A stretch of 63,973 bases of DNA, counting the filler, from Octopus bimaculoides (Eukaryota): the NCBI RefSeq assembly GCF_001194135.2. It is 8 parts of 7 records of this genome, joined end to end, with 100 filler letters (N's around TTAATTAATTAA, not from the genome) between each part and the next. Parts side by side here need not be neighbours in the genome. Positions count along the whole stretch, not along the records: positions 62,818 to 63,973 come from NC_068993.1; 7 more parts are not named here. One strand, given 5' to 3'. Shown here piece by piece: positions 63,171 to 63,973 of this stretch. Every line of letters starts with the position of its first letter. The stretch's first letter is position 1. The notes below the pieces were generated by a model, which saw only the letters and a list, made by a program, of their open reading frames with translations, had not been told where the DNA came from and did no database searches. The position numbers were made by a program, and so were the translations under genes.

Positions 63171-63973
63171 ATGAAAGCGATATTTCAGGAAGTTTCTTGC
63201 CGAGAAAATTGTTGCAAAGAAGAAATTGAAGGGAGTCGAAATTGTATCTTGAAGTCAAACATTGGCATTTAATTATTTAGTTAAGAGTTATAGAACTTCT
63301 CCGGGAGCGTAGCTAAACAGCAAAAATATCGACACGGCGCTCTTTTAACATAGACTTAATTAGAATTCCTTGTAGCTAATGGTTGCACACTTTGCGTTGC
63401 TGGAGTCAATGATGTGAACCTGTATGCAGTTATTGACATGCCAGAGATAGTAGTCAAATCTCCTTCAAATCACACACTACCGTCGGACCCACGAAAGAAA
63501 CAGACAAAAAATATATATAGCAAAGCTGGAAGTTTTTCATTCACAACAACAACAACAAAAACAAAACAATTTCCCTTTGCTAGTTCCTTGGTCGAAGAGA
63601 TTTTGAATCTATTCTACAAACTGTGTTTTGGTCTCGCTCAGTTGACTGCAGCCTTGGTGGGGCATTATCTTAAGGCAGTCATTTTTTGTCATTTCTATCG
63701 AACTTGGTACTAATTTCTGTCTGGTGCTTATTCTATCGAAAACCACTCAATGACCCGCTGGGTTTTCGGACATCAAGAAGCCCAATGTACACAGAAGATG
63801 ATCACAAAGCTACGAGTACAAACGCGCACATGAGTATAAACACACATAGACGCACACACACACACTTACACACACATATATATGTATACATTCATATCCA
63901 AATGCAGGTATGTATGCATATTTATGTATGTTTGTATGTATGTATGTATGTATATATATATATATATATATAT

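Noticed and set aside
63189-63275. [17 protein letters not shown], superficially like a Polycomb chromodomain start
   Set aside because: Stop after about 20 codons, the YLVKW continuation is not credible, and there is no gene context.
63414-63713. 99-aa ORF
   Set aside because: Built from fragments of the third repeat family, an (AAC)n tract and a decayed SINE B tail.

Overview
Eukaryotic, AT-rich, microsatellite-saturated draft-assembly DNA with many N gaps. The SINE families and microsatellite load point to an octopus (coleoid cephalopod); this is inferred from recalled repeat sequences, not from a search. No host protein-coding gene could be recognised. Nearly all ORFs in the supplied track are artefacts of microsatellites or N runs. 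Seven artificial 100-bp spacers (44 N + TTAATTAATTAA + 44 N) split the window into eight segments whose adjacency is not sequence-supported. Supported content is mostly decayed transposons: one apparently full-length hAT element (GTF2IRD2/SPIN-like transposase, short TIRs, 7/8 TSD, 32870-35828), two mariner remnants, a Helitron 3' end, RTE fragments, an L1/Tx1-type LINE carrying a second Tx1 3' end, several R4/Dong-type RLE LINE pieces mostly abutting (TAA)n/(AAC)n tracts, Penelope-like remnants and many copies of two tRNA-derived SINE families. The best leads are a set of minimal hammerhead-ribozyme-like motifs with palindromic stem III (one near-canonical at 30388-30432, plus a three-copy family with a non-canonical core), a near-perfect 82-nt hairpin at 17047-17128, and a CCAAT/CRE/CCAAT/TATA promoter candidate near 6.4 kb. 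TE boundaries are approximate (about +/-20-50 bp) unless termini are given explicitly.
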